Origin: Pseudomonadota bacterium
GTDB taxonomy: Bacteria; Pseudomonadota; Gammaproteobacteria; Steroidobacterales; Steroidobacteraceae
Length of the DNA: 37,911 nucleotides
NCBI GenBank assembly: GCA_003242495.1
Contig: QGUO01000001.1
Location: 1 to 37,911 of the forward strand
Reading direction: 5' to 3'
The position numbers were made by a program, and so were the translations under genes. Positions 1 to 9,549 of this stretch are shown in pieces (positions within the stretch are counted from its first letter, which is position 1; every line of letters starts with the position of its first letter). The notes beneath the pieces were generated by a model, which was not told the origin of the DNA, ran no database searches, and worked only from the letters and a program-made list of their open reading frames with translations.

Positions 1-1
1 G

Positions 2-367
2 GCCGGGGCGGCCGTGGGCCTGGTGGTGGGGGGCGTCGGCATCATGAACATCAGGCTGGTCTCGGTCACCGAGCGCCCCCGCGAAATCGGCACCCGCCTC
101 GCGGTCGGCGCCATGCGGCGCGACGTGTTGCTGCAGTTCCTGATCGAGGCCATCACGCTGGCGTTGCTCGGCGGCATCATCGGCATCCTGCTCGGCCTCG
201 GCGCCGGCGCCTTGGCGACCGGCATGTTCGGCGTGCCGTTCGTGCTCAACGTCGGGATCGTTCTGTTGTCTTTCCTGTTCTCCGGCGCGGTGGGCGTGGT
301 GTTCGGCTATTTCCCGGCGCGGCGCGCCGCACGGCTCGATCCCATCGAAGCGCTGCGCCACGAATAG
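2..367 (+). CDS. ABC transporter permease, MacB/FtsX family, C-terminal part (5'-truncated by the window edge)
   Basis: Translation has the FtsX-domain signature GGVGIMNI.LVSVTER.REIG.R.AVGA, then FLIEA..L..LGG..G, and ends in the typical FGYFPARRAARLDPIEALRHE. The frame is open to the window edge. Confidence 0.9.
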   Translation, partial: AGAAVGLVVGGVGIMNIRLVSVTERPREIGTRLAVGAMRRDVLLQFLIEAITLALLGGIIGILLGLGAGALATGMFGVPFVLNVGIVLLSFLFSGAVGVVFGYFPARRAARLDPIEALRHE

Positions 368-448
368 CGCGCCGGCAGGCGCGAGGCCGGCCCGGGCGTG
401 GGCAGGCGGACGGCTGCGCCATGTCCGCCCGCGCTTCGATGCGACCCG

Positions 449-1039
449 TCAGCCGTAGTAGTCCGGCTCGTTGCCCGGCTTCCACTTGATGTTGCAGCCG
501 ATGCTCGGCTTCTGCTCGGCCGAGACCGGCGCGCCGGACAACACCGCATCGCATGCCGCCCGCAAGTCGGAACCGGTCACGGGCACGCCGTTGCCGGGAC
601 GGCTCGCGTCGAACTGGCCGCGGTAGGCGAGGCGACGCTGGCCGTCGAACAGGAAGAAGTCCGGCGTGCAGGCAGCCTTGTAGGCCTTGGCCACCTCCTG
701 CGTGGCATCCAGCAGGTATGGAAAGGTATAGCCGGCGCTCTGCGCTTCCTCGGCCATGCCTTGCGGGCCGTCCTGCGGATAGGCCTCGATGTCGTTCGAG
801 TTGATGGCCACCACCGCCACACCGCGCGCCTGGTATTCGCGTGCGAACTGGGCGAACGCCGTGCGCAAATGCTTTACGAACGGACAGTGATTGCAGATGA
901 AGGCCACCACCACCGCCTTCGCGTCTGCGAAATCCTCGCTCGACACCTCGGCGCCGCCTGGTGCGGTGCGGTGATCCGGCAGGCGGAATGCAGGCATGGG
1001 TGTGCCGAGCGCCAGCATGGTCGATTCAGTTGCAGCCAT
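449..1039 (-). CDS. Thioredoxin-fold AhpC/TSA (peroxiredoxin-like) protein
   Basis: FICNHCPFV (CxxC), YTFPYLLDATQEVAKAY.AACTPDFFLFD and C-terminal GCNIKWK. GAGGAG Shine-Dalgarno upstream on the minus strand. Confidence 0.88.
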   Translation of the reverse strand: MAATESTMLALGTPMPAFRLPDHRTAPGGAEVSSEDFADAKAVVVAFICNHCPFVKHLRTAFAQFAREYQARGVAVVAINSNDIEAYPQDGPQGMAEEAQSAGYTFPYLLDATQEVAKAYKAACTPDFFLFDGQRRLAYRGQFDASRPGNGVPVTGSDLRAACDAVLSGAPVSAEQKPSIGCNIKWKPGNEPDYYG

Positions 1040-1282
1040 CGTCGTCTCCTCGCATCAGTGTCACGGCTTTGCATCAGTGTCGCATGCCGTGCGGCTCTCC
1101 TCGAGCCCTTCGGAAAGCTCTTATACGACTCTCCACACAAGGAATAAAACTCTCGTTCTTCCGCTGCGCGTTTCACGCGTCTGCAGGAGAATGGAGCAGG
1201 GGTCGGTTTTTGCATGGCCAAGGCTTAAGATGCGCGCCAGTCGCGCTTTGGCTTTGCCACTGAGTTGCAAGAGGTTCATCCC

Positions 1283-2392
1283 ATGAAGACACGCGCCGCC
1301 GTAGCACATGCCCCGGGCAAGCCCCTGGAAGTGATGGAAGTCGATCTCGACGGTCCCAAGGAAGGCGAAGTGCTCGTCGAGCTCAAGGCCACCGGCGTCT
1401 GCCACACCGACGAGTTCACGCGCTCGGGCGACGATCCCGAAGGATTGTTCCCGGTCATTCTCGGTCATGAAGGCGCCGGCGTCGTGGTCGACGTCGGGCC
1501 CGGCGTGAAGTCGGTGCGCAAAGGCGATCATGTCATTCCGCTTTACACGCCCGAATGCCGCGAGTGCAAGTCGTGCCTGTCGCAGAAGACGAACTTGTGC
1601 ACCAAGATCCGCGCCACGCAGGGCAAGGGCGTGATGCCCGACGGCACCAGCCGTTTCTCCATCGGCAACGACAAGATCCACCACTACATGGGGTGCTCGA
1701 CGTTCTCGAACTTCACCGTCCTGCCCGAGATCGCGGTGGCGAAAATCCGCGAGGACGCGCCCTTCGACAAGGTGTGTTACATCGGCTGCGGCGTGACCAC
1801 GGGCGTGGGCGCGGTGGTGAACACCGCCAAGGTCGAGCCCGGCGCCAACGTGGTGGTGTTCGGGCTGGGCGGCATCGGCCTCAACGTCATCCAGGGGGCG
1901 CGCATGGTCGGCGCCGACAAGATCGTCGGTGTGGACATCAATCCGAAGCGCAAGGAGCTGGCCGAGAAGTTCGGCATGACGCACTTCGTCAACCCCAAGG
2001 ACGTCGGCGGCGACCTGGTGCAGCATCTCATCGAGCTGACCGACGGCGGCGCGGATTACAGTTTCGAGTGCGTGGGCAACGTGGACCTGATGCGTCAGGC
2101 GCTCGAGTGCTGTCATCGCGGCTGGGGCGTGTCGGTCATCATCGGCGTGGCGGGCGCCGGCCAGGAGATTCGCACCCGTCCGTTCCAGCTGGTCACCGGT
2201 CGGGTGTGGAAGGGCACGGCCTTCGGCGGCGCGCGTGGCCGCACCGACGTGCCGAAGATCGTCGACTGGTACATGGAGGGCAAGATCAACATCGATGATC
2301 TCATCACCCACACCATGCCGCTCGAGAAGATCAACGACGCGTTCGATCTGATGCACTCGGGCGAGTCGATCCGCAGCGTCATCATCTACTGA
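1283..2392 (+). CDS. frmA: S-(hydroxymethyl)glutathione dehydrogenase / class III alcohol dehydrogenase
   Basis: GVCHTD, GHEGAG, structural-zinc motif C-REC-KSC...NLC, GLGGIG Rossmann motif, [22 protein letters not shown] at 1283 follows a GAGG RBS. Confidence 0.96.
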   Translation: MKTRAAVAHAPGKPLEVMEVDLDGPKEGEVLVELKATGVCHTDEFTRSGDDPEGLFPVILGHEGAGVVVDVGPGVKSVRKGDHVIPLYTPECRECKSCLSQKTNLCTKIRATQGKGVMPDGTSRFSIGNDKIHHYMGCSTFSNFTVLPEIAVAKIREDAPFDKVCYIGCGVTTGVGAVVNTAKVEPGANVVVFGLGGIGLNVIQGARMVGADKIVGVDINPKRKELAEKFGMTHFVNPKDVGGDLVQHLIELTDGGADYSFECVGNVDLMRQALECCHRGWGVSVIIGVAGAGQEIRTRPFQLVTGRVWKGTAFGGARGRTDVPKIVDWYMEGKINIDDLITHTMPLEKINDAFDLMHSGESIRSVIIY

Positions 2393-2403
2393 AGCGGGTA
2401 TTT

Positions 2404-3243
2404 ATGACTCTCACGACTGTTTCTGAGCATCGCTGCTTCGGCGGCATGCAGCGCTTCTATGCGCACGAATCGCGCGAATGTCGCACGGAGATGCGCTTCA
2501 GCGTGTATGTGCCGCCACAGGCGGCGGACCGGAAAGTGCCCGTGCTGTATTACCTCGCGGGCCTGACCTGCACCGAGGAGACCTTCATGATCAAGGCCGG
2601 TGCACAGCGTCTGGCCGCCGAACTCGGCATCATGCTCGTCACGCCGGACACCAGTCCGCGCAAGGTGCGCTTCCCGGGCGACGATGCCAGCTGGGACTTC
2701 GGGCTGGGTGCGGGCTTTTACGTGGACGCGACACGCGAGCCCTGGTCGGCCAACTACCGCATGTACAGCTACGTGACGCTCGAGTTGCCGGAGCTGGTGC
2801 GCTCCCTGGGCACGGGAATGGAGGATCGCCAGGGAATTTTCGGGCACTCGATGGGCGGTCACGGCGCGCTGGTCTGCGCACTGCGCAACCGCGATCGTTA
2901 CCGCTCGGTTTCCGCCTTCGCACCGATCTCGGCGCCCATGCAGTGCCCGTGGGGGCAGAAGGCGTTCAGCGGCTACCTGGGCGATGACAAGACTGCCTGG
3001 GCGCAGTACGACGCCAGCGAGCTGGTGCGTCAGCACGCGTATCACGCACCCATCCTGGTCGATCAGGGCACCGACGACAAGTTTCTCGAGGAACAGCTCA
3101 AGCCGGAGCTCCTGGAAGAGGCCTGTCGCGCGTCGGGGACGACGCTCACGCTGCGCCGTCAGCCGGGTTACGACCACGGCTACTACTTCATTTCCACGTT
3201 CATGGAAGATCATCTGCGCCACCACGCAGCGTTCCTGTGCTGA
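2404..3243 (+). CDS. fghA: S-formylglutathione hydrolase
   Basis: YLAGLTCTEE, DFGLGAGFYVDAT, nucleophile motif GHSMGG, GYDHGYYFI. Starts 11 bp after frmA. Confidence 0.95.
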   Translation: MTLTTVSEHRCFGGMQRFYAHESRECRTEMRFSVYVPPQAADRKVPVLYYLAGLTCTEETFMIKAGAQRLAAELGIMLVTPDTSPRKVRFPGDDASWDFGLGAGFYVDATREPWSANYRMYSYVTLELPELVRSLGTGMEDRQGIFGHSMGGHGALVCALRNRDRYRSVSAFAPISAPMQCPWGQKAFSGYLGDDKTAWAQYDASELVRQHAYHAPILVDQGTDDKFLEEQLKPELLEEACRASGTTLTLRRQPGYDHGYYFISTFMEDHLRHHAAFLC

Positions 3244-3247
3244 GTGC

Positions 3248-3350
3248 GGCGCCCTGTCTGGTCCGCCCCGGCGCAGGGGCGGACCGGTCGCAGGGCGTCC
3301 GTCGCCGCGCAGCGATGATCCGCCCGGAGGGCGCATCACGGGATCATCGC
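3248..3350 (+). other. Two consecutive GC-rich stem-loops downstream of fghA (possible terminator or stabiliser; no U-tract)
   Basis: CTGGTCCGCCCC (3258-3269) can pair with GGGGCGGACCGG (3276-3287). GCGATGATCC (3312-3321) and GGATCATCGC (3341-3350) are a perfect 10-bp inverted repeat. Confidence 0.45.
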
Positions 3351-3458
3351 GGATCGTGAGACTCGGTTGCCGCCTCCCGCGCGGCCGCCGGGTGCGTGCG
3401 CCGCCGAGGGCGGGGTGCCCAACCCACTGCGCATGCCGCTGCGGTTATGCTCTGCGGC

Positions 3459-4652
3459 ATGGCAGCAACGTCGAAGAAGAAGCGCGGCATTCCAGGCTGG
3501 TTGATTCTGGTCGGCTCGATGACCGCCCTCGGGCCGGTCTCGATCGACATGTACCTGCCCGGCTTCCCGCTGATCGAGCGCCAGCTCGGCCAAAGCGGGG
3601 TGGAATCGACCATGGCCGCCTTTCTCATCGGCCTGGCGGCCGGCCAGCTGTTCTATGGACCGGTCAGCGACCGCTTCGGCCGCAAGCCGCCGCTGTACGT
3701 CGGCTTCGTGCTGTACATCCTCGGCTCACTCGGCTGTGCGCTCGCGGCCAGCATGCCCATGCTGGTGGCCATGCGGACCACGCAGGCGCTCGGCGCCTGC
3801 GCCAGCCTGGTGATCGGTCGCGCCGTGGTGCGTGACCGCTGCGAGCCGCACGAGGCCGCGCGGGCCTTCACGACGCTGATGCTCATCGTGGCACTCGGGC
3901 CGGTGCTCGCGCCGCTGCTGGGCGGCGCGGTGGTCACCTGGCTCGGCTGGCGCGCGGTGTTCGTGTTCCAGGCGCTGCTCGGGCTGGTCCTGCTGGGCGC
4001 CATGCATTGGGTGCTGACCGAAAGCCGCGATCCCGCCCACGTGGTTCCGCTGCGGCTCGGGCGTGTGCTGGCGAGCTACGCCGGCCTGCTGAGAGACCGC
4101 TCGTTCCTCGGCTATTCGCTCATCAGCGGCTGCGGCATGGGCGCATTGTTCTGCTATGTCACCGGCGCGCCCATCGTGCTGACGAATCTCTACGGCGTGA
4201 CGCCGCAGGAGTTCGGCCTGCTGATCGCCTTGAACGGCCTGGCGTTCATGACGGCGAGCCGGGCCAACATCGTGGCCCTGCGACGGCGCGGCCCGGGCGA
4301 AATCCTGCAGCGCGCCATCTGGCAGCCCACGGTCGTGAGCGCGACGCTGTTGGGCGCGAATCTGCTGTTCGACGTGCCGCTGTGGCTGGTGGTGGTGCTG
4401 CAGTTCGCATTCTTCATCAGCGTCGCGCGGCTCAACCCGAATGTCGCGACGCTCGCGCTGGTGCGTCACGGCCACCAGGCCGGCAACGCCTCGGCCCTCA
4501 TGGGGGCGCTGCAGTCGCTGGTCTCGACCCTCGGGGGCGTGGCGGTGGCCGCCTTCACGGACGGCACTTTCGGACCGCTCGCGCTCATGATGACGGCCGG
4601 CGCGGCGGCGAGCTGGGCGCTGTATGGGTGGGTGGCGGCGCGGGGCGCTTGA
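3459..4652 (+). CDS. Multidrug efflux MFS transporter, Bcr/CflA family
   Basis: IDMYLPGFP, GQLFYGPVSDRFGRKP, RAVVRD, PVLAPLLGG and about 12 hydrophobic segments. Start could be ATG 3447 or 3459. Confidence 0.92.
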   Translation: MAATSKKKRGIPGWLILVGSMTALGPVSIDMYLPGFPLIERQLGQSGVESTMAAFLIGLAAGQLFYGPVSDRFGRKPPLYVGFVLYILGSLGCALAASMPMLVAMRTTQALGACASLVIGRAVVRDRCEPHEAARAFTTLMLIVALGPVLAPLLGGAVVTWLGWRAVFVFQALLGLVLLGAMHWVLTESRDPAHVVPLRLGRVLASYAGLLRDRSFLGYSLISGCGMGALFCYVTGAPIVLTNLYGVTPQEFGLLIALNGLAFMTASRANIVALRRRGPGEILQRAIWQPTVVSATLLGANLLFDVPLWLVVVLQFAFFISVARLNPNVATLALVRHGHQAGNASALMGALQSLVSTLGGVAVAAFTDGTFGPLALMMTAGAAASWALYGWVAARGA

Positions 4653-4662
4653 CGGACCGTCC

Positions 4663-5103
4663 TCACGCCCCGGCGGCGGCCGGCGTCGCCGTATCGACGA
4701 TCTCGATACGGTGGGTGATGGTCGCGGTCTTGCCCAGGATGGCACTGGCCGAGCAGTACTTCTCGGCCGAGAGGTTCACGGCGCGCTCGACCTTGTGGGG
4801 ATCGAGCCCGCGGCCGGTCACCACGTAGCGCATGACGATGCGCGTGAAGACCTTGGGGTCGGTCTCGGCGCGCTCGGCATCGATCTCCACCACGCAATCG
4901 CCGACCTGCTGGCGGCTGCGCCGCAGGATGTGCATCACGTCGAACGCCGCGCAGCCACCCAGGCCCAGGAGCAGCATTTCCATGGGCCGGAATCCAAGAT
5001 TACGTCCGCCGGCCTCCGGCGCGCCGTCCATCACCACGCTGTGTCCGGATCCCGATTCCCCCAGAAACGTCACGTTCTCGATCCACTTCACCCGGGCCTT
5101 CAA
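4663..5103 (-). CDS. OsmC family protein (YhfA-like)
   Basis: KARVKW..FLGESGSGHSVVMDG, RPMEMLLLGLGGC, SAEKYCSAS. Probable TTG start at 5103 preceded by GAGGAG. Confidence 0.9.
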   Translation of the reverse strand: MKARVKWIENVTFLGESGSGHSVVMDGAPEAGGRNLGFRPMEMLLLGLGGCAAFDVMHILRRSRQQVGDCVVEIDAERAETDPKVFTRIVMRYVVTGRGLDPHKVERAVNLSAEKYCSASAILGKTATITHRIEIVDTATPAAAGA

Positions 5104-5276
5104 TTCACTCTCCTCGATCAGGCGCGCCACGTGCACCAAAGGGGGCGCGACCGGTGCGACATCGTACCAGCCTCACGGGCGGTGCGAGCCGCACCCGCGT
5201 GCCGCGGTGCGTGCCGATCGCCGGGTGCGCCCAGGAGATGCTTCCGCGCAGAGACGCTGCCGGCGCGTGGCCAAAC

Positions 5277-6752
5277 TCAGATGCCGCCGAAGCAGAGGTA
5301 CTTGATCTCGAGGTACTCCTCCAATCCGTACTTCGAGCCCTCACGGCCGATGCCGCTTTGTTTCACGCCACCGAAGGGCGCCACTTCAGTGGAGATGAGG
5401 CCCGCGTTGATGCCGACCATACCGCTCTCGAGCGCCTCGGCGACCCGCCAGACGCGGCGCACGTCACGGCTGTAGAAGTAGCTGGCCAGCCCGAACTCAG
5501 TCCTGTTGGCCAGACGGATGGCATCTTCCTCGGTCGCGAACTCCACCAGCGGGGCGACCGGGCCGAAGGTCTCTTCGTCCATGGCGAGCGCATCGCGGGT
5601 GACGCCCGTCAGCACCGTCGGCTCGTAGAACCAGCCCGGCCCTGCCCGGCGCCGTCCACCGATGATCGCCGTGGCGCCCTTGGCAAGCGCGTCGGCCACA
5701 TGGGTTTCGACCTTGCGTACCGCCTTCTCCTCGATCAGTGGTCCGATGCGCGTGTCGGGCTCGAGGCCATTGCCCACCTTCAAGTCGGCGACGGCCGCGG
5801 CGAGCCTCTCGGCGAAGGCTTGGTAGATCCCGCTTTGCACCAGGATGCGGTTGGCGCATACGCAGGTCTGGCCGGCGTTGCGATACTTCGAGGCGAGCGC
5901 GCCCGCGACGGCGGCATCGAGGTCCGCATCGTCGAACACGATGAATGGCGCATTGCCGCCGAGCTCGAGCGACAGCCGCTTCACCGTGCCGGCGCATTGC
6001 CGCATGAGGAGCTTGCCGACCTCCGTCGAGCCGGTGAAGCTGAGCTTGCGCACGATCGGATTGCCGGTGAGCTCGGCGCCGATGGGCGCGGCGTCGCCGG
6101 TCACCACCGAGATCACGCCCGGCGGCACGCCCGCGCGCTCGGCCAGCACGCACAGCGCGAGCGCGGTGTAGGGGGTGAGCTCCGAGGGCTTGATCACCAT
6201 GGTGCAGCCGGCGGCCAGCGCCGGAGCGACCTTGCGCGCGATCATGGCCGCCGGAAAGTTCCACGGCGTGATGGCGGCGCACACGCCGACGGGCTGCTTG
6301 AGCACCACGATGCGCTTGTCGCGCTCATGGCCGGGAATCACATCGCCGTAGGCGCGCCGGGCCTCTTCACCGAACCACTCGATGAAGGATGCCGCATAGG
6401 CGATTTCTGCACGGCTCTCGACCAGCGGCTTGCCCTGCTCCAGGGTCATGAGCGTCGCGAGGTCTTCCTGGTGCGCCATCAGCAACTCGAACCACGCGCG
6501 CAGGATGCGTGCGCGCTCCTGCGCGGTGCGGGCGCGCCAGTCGGGCAGGGCGCGTTCGGCGCCGGCGATGGCGCGCCGGGTTTCGAGGGCGCCGAGATTC
6601 GGCACGCTGCCGATGACCCGGCCGGTTGCCGGATCGAACACGGACTTGGTCCGGCCGTCATCGGCGGATTCCCACTGTCCGGCAATGAACGCCTGTTCGC
6701 GAAACAGGCTGGTCTCGCGCAGCGGCAAGGCAAGCGTCGAGCTGGTAGCCAT
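5277..6752 (-). CDS. gabD: NAD(P)-dependent succinate-semialdehyde dehydrogenase
   Basis: ITPWNFP, SFTGSTEVGK, LELGGNAP, catalytic motif GQTCVC, EETFGP, PFGGVKQSGIGREGSKYG. ATG at 6752 follows GGAGG. The ORF-track extension to 7274 overlaps def and is not credible. Confidence 0.93.
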   Translation of the reverse strand: MATSSTLALPLRETSLFREQAFIAGQWESADDGRTKSVFDPATGRVIGSVPNLGALETRRAIAGAERALPDWRARTAQERARILRAWFELLMAHQEDLATLMTLEQGKPLVESRAEIAYAASFIEWFGEEARRAYGDVIPGHERDKRIVVLKQPVGVCAAITPWNFPAAMIARKVAPALAAGCTMVIKPSELTPYTALALCVLAERAGVPPGVISVVTGDAAPIGAELTGNPIVRKLSFTGSTEVGKLLMRQCAGTVKRLSLELGGNAPFIVFDDADLDAAVAGALASKYRNAGQTCVCANRILVQSGIYQAFAERLAAAVADLKVGNGLEPDTRIGPLIEEKAVRKVETHVADALAKGATAIIGGRRRAGPGWFYEPTVLTGVTRDALAMDEETFGPVAPLVEFATEEDAIRLANRTEFGLASYFYSRDVRRVWRVAEALESGMVGINAGLISTEVAPFGGVKQSGIGREGSKYGLEEYLEIKYLCFGGI

Positions 6753-6873
6753 GAGAGCCTCCGGTAAGCGTCGGCGGCAGAGCGGCGTGTCGGCGCGTCC
6801 GCGCGCCCCGGCGCTTCCGGGTCGTCGGGATGCGCGTCGGATCGGTCGCTCGCCCCCCGGGCAGCCGGCCAGG

Positions 6874-7407
6874 TCAGTCGTCCGCGAGCCCCTGGCCGGG
6901 GAAGAGTGTTTCGTTGAAACCGAAATTCCGCAGGTCGCGGATCCGCATCGGATAGAGAATGCCGCGCAGGTGATCGACCTCGTGCTGCACGACGCGCGCA
7001 TGGAAGCCCTCGACGCTGCGCTCGATGGGCTGGCCGAGCGAGTCGTAACCGCGATAGCGCAGGCGCTTGAAGCGCGGGACCAGTCCCCGCATGCCGGGCA
7101 CCGACAGGCAGCCTTCCCAGCCTTCCTCCATGTCATCGCCGAGCGGCTCGAGCTCGGGATTGATGAGCACGGTGTAGGGCACCTGCTCCGCCTGGGGATA
7201 GCGCGGATTGTGCTCGAGGCCGAACACGACGACCTGCAGCGACACGCCGATCTGCGGCGCAGCCAGTCCCGCACCGTTCAAGGCCATCATGGTGTCGTGC
7301 ATGTCCACCAGCAGCGCACGCAGCTCGGGCGTGTCGAAGCGCTCGACGGGGCGAGCGACTTCGAACAGCAGGGGATCGCCCATCTTCAGCACGGGACGTA
7401 CAGCCAT
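6874..7407 (-). CDS. def: Peptide deformylase
   Basis: All three PDF motifs are present: [25 protein letters not shown]. Confidence 0.95.
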   Translation of the reverse strand: MAVRPVLKMGDPLLFEVARPVERFDTPELRALLVDMHDTMMALNGAGLAAPQIGVSLQVVVFGLEHNPRYPQAEQVPYTVLINPELEPLGDDMEEGWEGCLSVPGMRGLVPRFKRLRYRGYDSLGQPIERSVEGFHARVVQHEVDHLRGILYPMRIRDLRNFGFNETLFPGQGLADD

Positions 7408-7557
7408 GGCTCGAAGTGTACGGCGTTCGCGCCGCGAGGGGGGAGGGGGTTGACGTCGAATGCAGGCGGCATCACTCGGGCGCCGGCGGGCGCGGCTGGG
7501 GGGAGATGCGTGCCTGCTTTGCATGCGTGCGCGGCCGATGCGATGCTTGCGGTCGCC

Positions 7558-8178
7558 ATGTCCTCGCCCAACCTACACGTCATCGTGCTCGCAGCAGGCG
7601 CCTCGCGCAGGCTCGGGCAGCCCAAGCAGCTCGTGCGACTGCGCGGCCGCCCGGCCTTGCACATCGTCGTGTCGAGCGCGGTGGCGGTGGCGGGCCAGGC
7701 GGTGACGGTGGTGATTGGTGCGCATGCGGCCGCGCTCACGCCGCTGTTGTCGCGTGCCGGTGTCTCGGTCGCGCTCAATCGACAGTGGGAGGAAGGAATG
7801 GCCTCGTCCATCCGGCGGGGCCTGGCGGCGTTGCCGCCGGCATGCGATGCCGTGTTGCTGTTGCTGGGAGACCAGGTGGCCGTGACCGCGGACGACTTGA
7901 AGCGGCTGATCACGGCGTGGCGTGGGGAGGCGGGCGCGATCGCCGCCGCGGCCTATGCAGGGCACGTCGGCGTGCCGGCAATCTTTCCCGCCGCCTTCTT
8001 TACCGAGCTGGCGCAATTGCGCGGCGACCGCGGCGCACGCGAGGTGCTCGAGCGCAATGCCTTTCGCCTCACGCGCGTCCCCATGCCCAATGCCGCCGTG
8101 GACCTCGATACGCCCGAGGATCTTGCGGCCCTCACGGCGGGCGGCGGCCCGGCGCCGCAGGCGCGTCACCCTGAGTGA
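7558..8178 (+). CDS. MocA/MobA-like nucleotidyltransferase (NTP_transf_3; molybdenum cofactor cytidylyltransferase-like)
   Basis: [51 protein letters not shown]. Confidence 0.88.
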   Translation: MSSPNLHVIVLAAGASRRLGQPKQLVRLRGRPALHIVVSSAVAVAGQAVTVVIGAHAAALTPLLSRAGVSVALNRQWEEGMASSIRRGLAALPPACDAVLLLLGDQVAVTADDLKRLITAWRGEAGAIAAAAYAGHVGVPAIFPAAFFTELAQLRGDRGAREVLERNAFRLTRVPMPNAAVDLDTPEDLAALTAGGGPAPQARHPE

Positions 8179-8310
8179 CGCCCCTGCACGAGGTCGTCTG
8201 GCTGAGATGGGGGCGCGGTCTGCTATGCACGTGAACGTTGATCCGGGTGCGCCCTCGCCGCCGCAGCGACGGGTACCGGGGTGCTGCCTGCAGCCAGCGT
8301 CGCATTGCCG

Positions 8311-8338
8311 GGAAACACTGAGGTCCCTGGGCCGTTAA
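8311..8338 (+). promoter_or_regulatory. Candidate ECF sigma promoter for the small membrane protein gene
   Basis: GGAAAC-N16-CGTTAA fits the generic ECF pattern (-35 AAC, -10 CGT). It ends about 70 bp upstream of ATG 8411. Confidence 0.4.
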
Positions 8339-8410
8339 CTCACCGAGGGCCCATTGGCGCGGCGCGGGGCGCCGTCAGGCAGGGCACCGTCACACCGGAG
8401 GAGAGACGGC

Positions 8411-8602
8411 ATGCAAGAGCTATGGACGACCGAGTACCTGGTTCCGGTGCTGATCCTGATCGGCGTCACGGTCGCGCTCACCGTCTTCATCTTCCGGCGC
8501 CGTCTCTTCGATCGCGGTTATCGCAAGGGCGCAGCGAAAGATCCCGAGCAGGTTCGCCGCGACAATCCCCCCGACGAATGGAGCAAGAGCAAGAGTCGTT
8601 AG
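8411..8602 (+). CDS. Small (63 aa) single-pass membrane protein, unknown function
   Basis: Strong RBS (GGAGGAGA) before ATG 8411. One hydrophobic helix (YLVPVLILIGVTVALTVFIF), then RRR and a charged tail. Confidence 0.7.
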   Translation: MQELWTTEYLVPVLILIGVTVALTVFIFRRRLFDRGYRKGAAKDPEQVRRDNPPDEWSKSKSR

Positions 8603-8690
8603 CGTCGGGAGGTTCCGTGCCCGGCTCGCCGATCACCACCGCGACGCGCGCCGCAAGGCGGGGACGCGCGCTCTCACCTGCGCGCTGCGG

Positions 8691-9140
8691 TCAAGAGGAC
8701 ACCCGCCGCACGCCCAGACCTTCCAGGGCGCCCAGCAGCATGGAACCCGTGTAAGGCTTCATGAGCATCGCGACATGGGTGTCGCTTGCGAAACGCTCCT
8801 TGAGCTCGATTTCACTGCGTCCGCTCGCGATCAGGATGGGCAGCGAACCGCGTACCGCACGCATCTCGGCGGCGAGCTCGTCGCCCAGTCGATCCGGAAG
8901 GCCGAGATCGATCACCGCGGCGCTCAGTCGTGGCGTGAGCTGGAGCTTGCTGAGCGCCTCGCCCGCAGTGGCCGCCTGCTCGACCAGGAAACCGGCATCC
9001 TCCAACACGTCGGCCGCGAACATGCGCACCAGGATCTCATCCTCCACGACGAGCACGCTCGGCGCATCGTCGCGCTCGGCGTGCGAGTTGCCGTCGAGAT
9101 CCTGTGCCGGAAAAAAGCAGGGAGATCGTCTGGACCACAT
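8691..9140 (-). CDS. Single-domain response regulator (receiver domain only)
   Basis: VLVVEDE acidic pocket, phospho-acceptor Asp in AVID-LGLPD, ILIASG, conserved KPY. No output domain. Start codon uncertain. Confidence 0.85.
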   Translation of the reverse strand: MWSRRSPCFFPAQDLDGNSHAERDDAPSVLVVEDEILVRMFAADVLEDAGFLVEQAATAGEALSKLQLTPRLSAAVIDLGLPDRLGDELAAEMRAVRGSLPILIASGRSEIELKERFASDTHVAMLMKPYTGSMLLGALEGLGVRRVSS

Positions 9141-9549
9141 CGATCGAGTTTTCCTGGTCGTGGTTTGGGTGTCGGCCGATCAGGCCGCGCAGGGTTATTG
9201 ACGGACCGGTCAGCCTGCGCCCTTCAGCTAACCGCCGCCCGCCGCCGGGCGCATCAGGATTTGTACTGACCGGTCGATGGGCACGGTCTGTGAGCGGTTC
9301 GGCGGCCTCTCAGGAGTGTTCGTAGCCGGCGCAGCGATCGCGACGCGACTTCGCACAGGCAGGGTCTGCGAGGCGCAGCGCTGAGTGCGGAGCTCGTGTC
9401 GGCGGCTGCGGCGATCCCGGCCGATGACCACCTCGCACCCCGAGCGCGGGTCCGATCATCGTGCATCTTTTCCTGTAATCGGATGTCGGGCATTCCCGTA
9501 ACCTCGTCAAGCCCGGGCGCATCCGAAATTCATCGGTTCATGATCCCGG

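Noticed and set aside
1-90. Non-consensus residues in the permease (MNIRLVSVTERPRE versus the usual MNIMLVSVTERTRE)
   Set aside because: Each is a single T>G or A>C change clustered at the sequence edge, most likely low-quality contig-end base calls rather than biology.
5277-7274. Apparent 665-aa extended GabD, and a 582-aa ORF (6430-8178) extending the MocA-like gene
   Set aside because: The extensions are alternative frames of def/gabD without stop codons. Family similarity starts only at 6752 and 7558.
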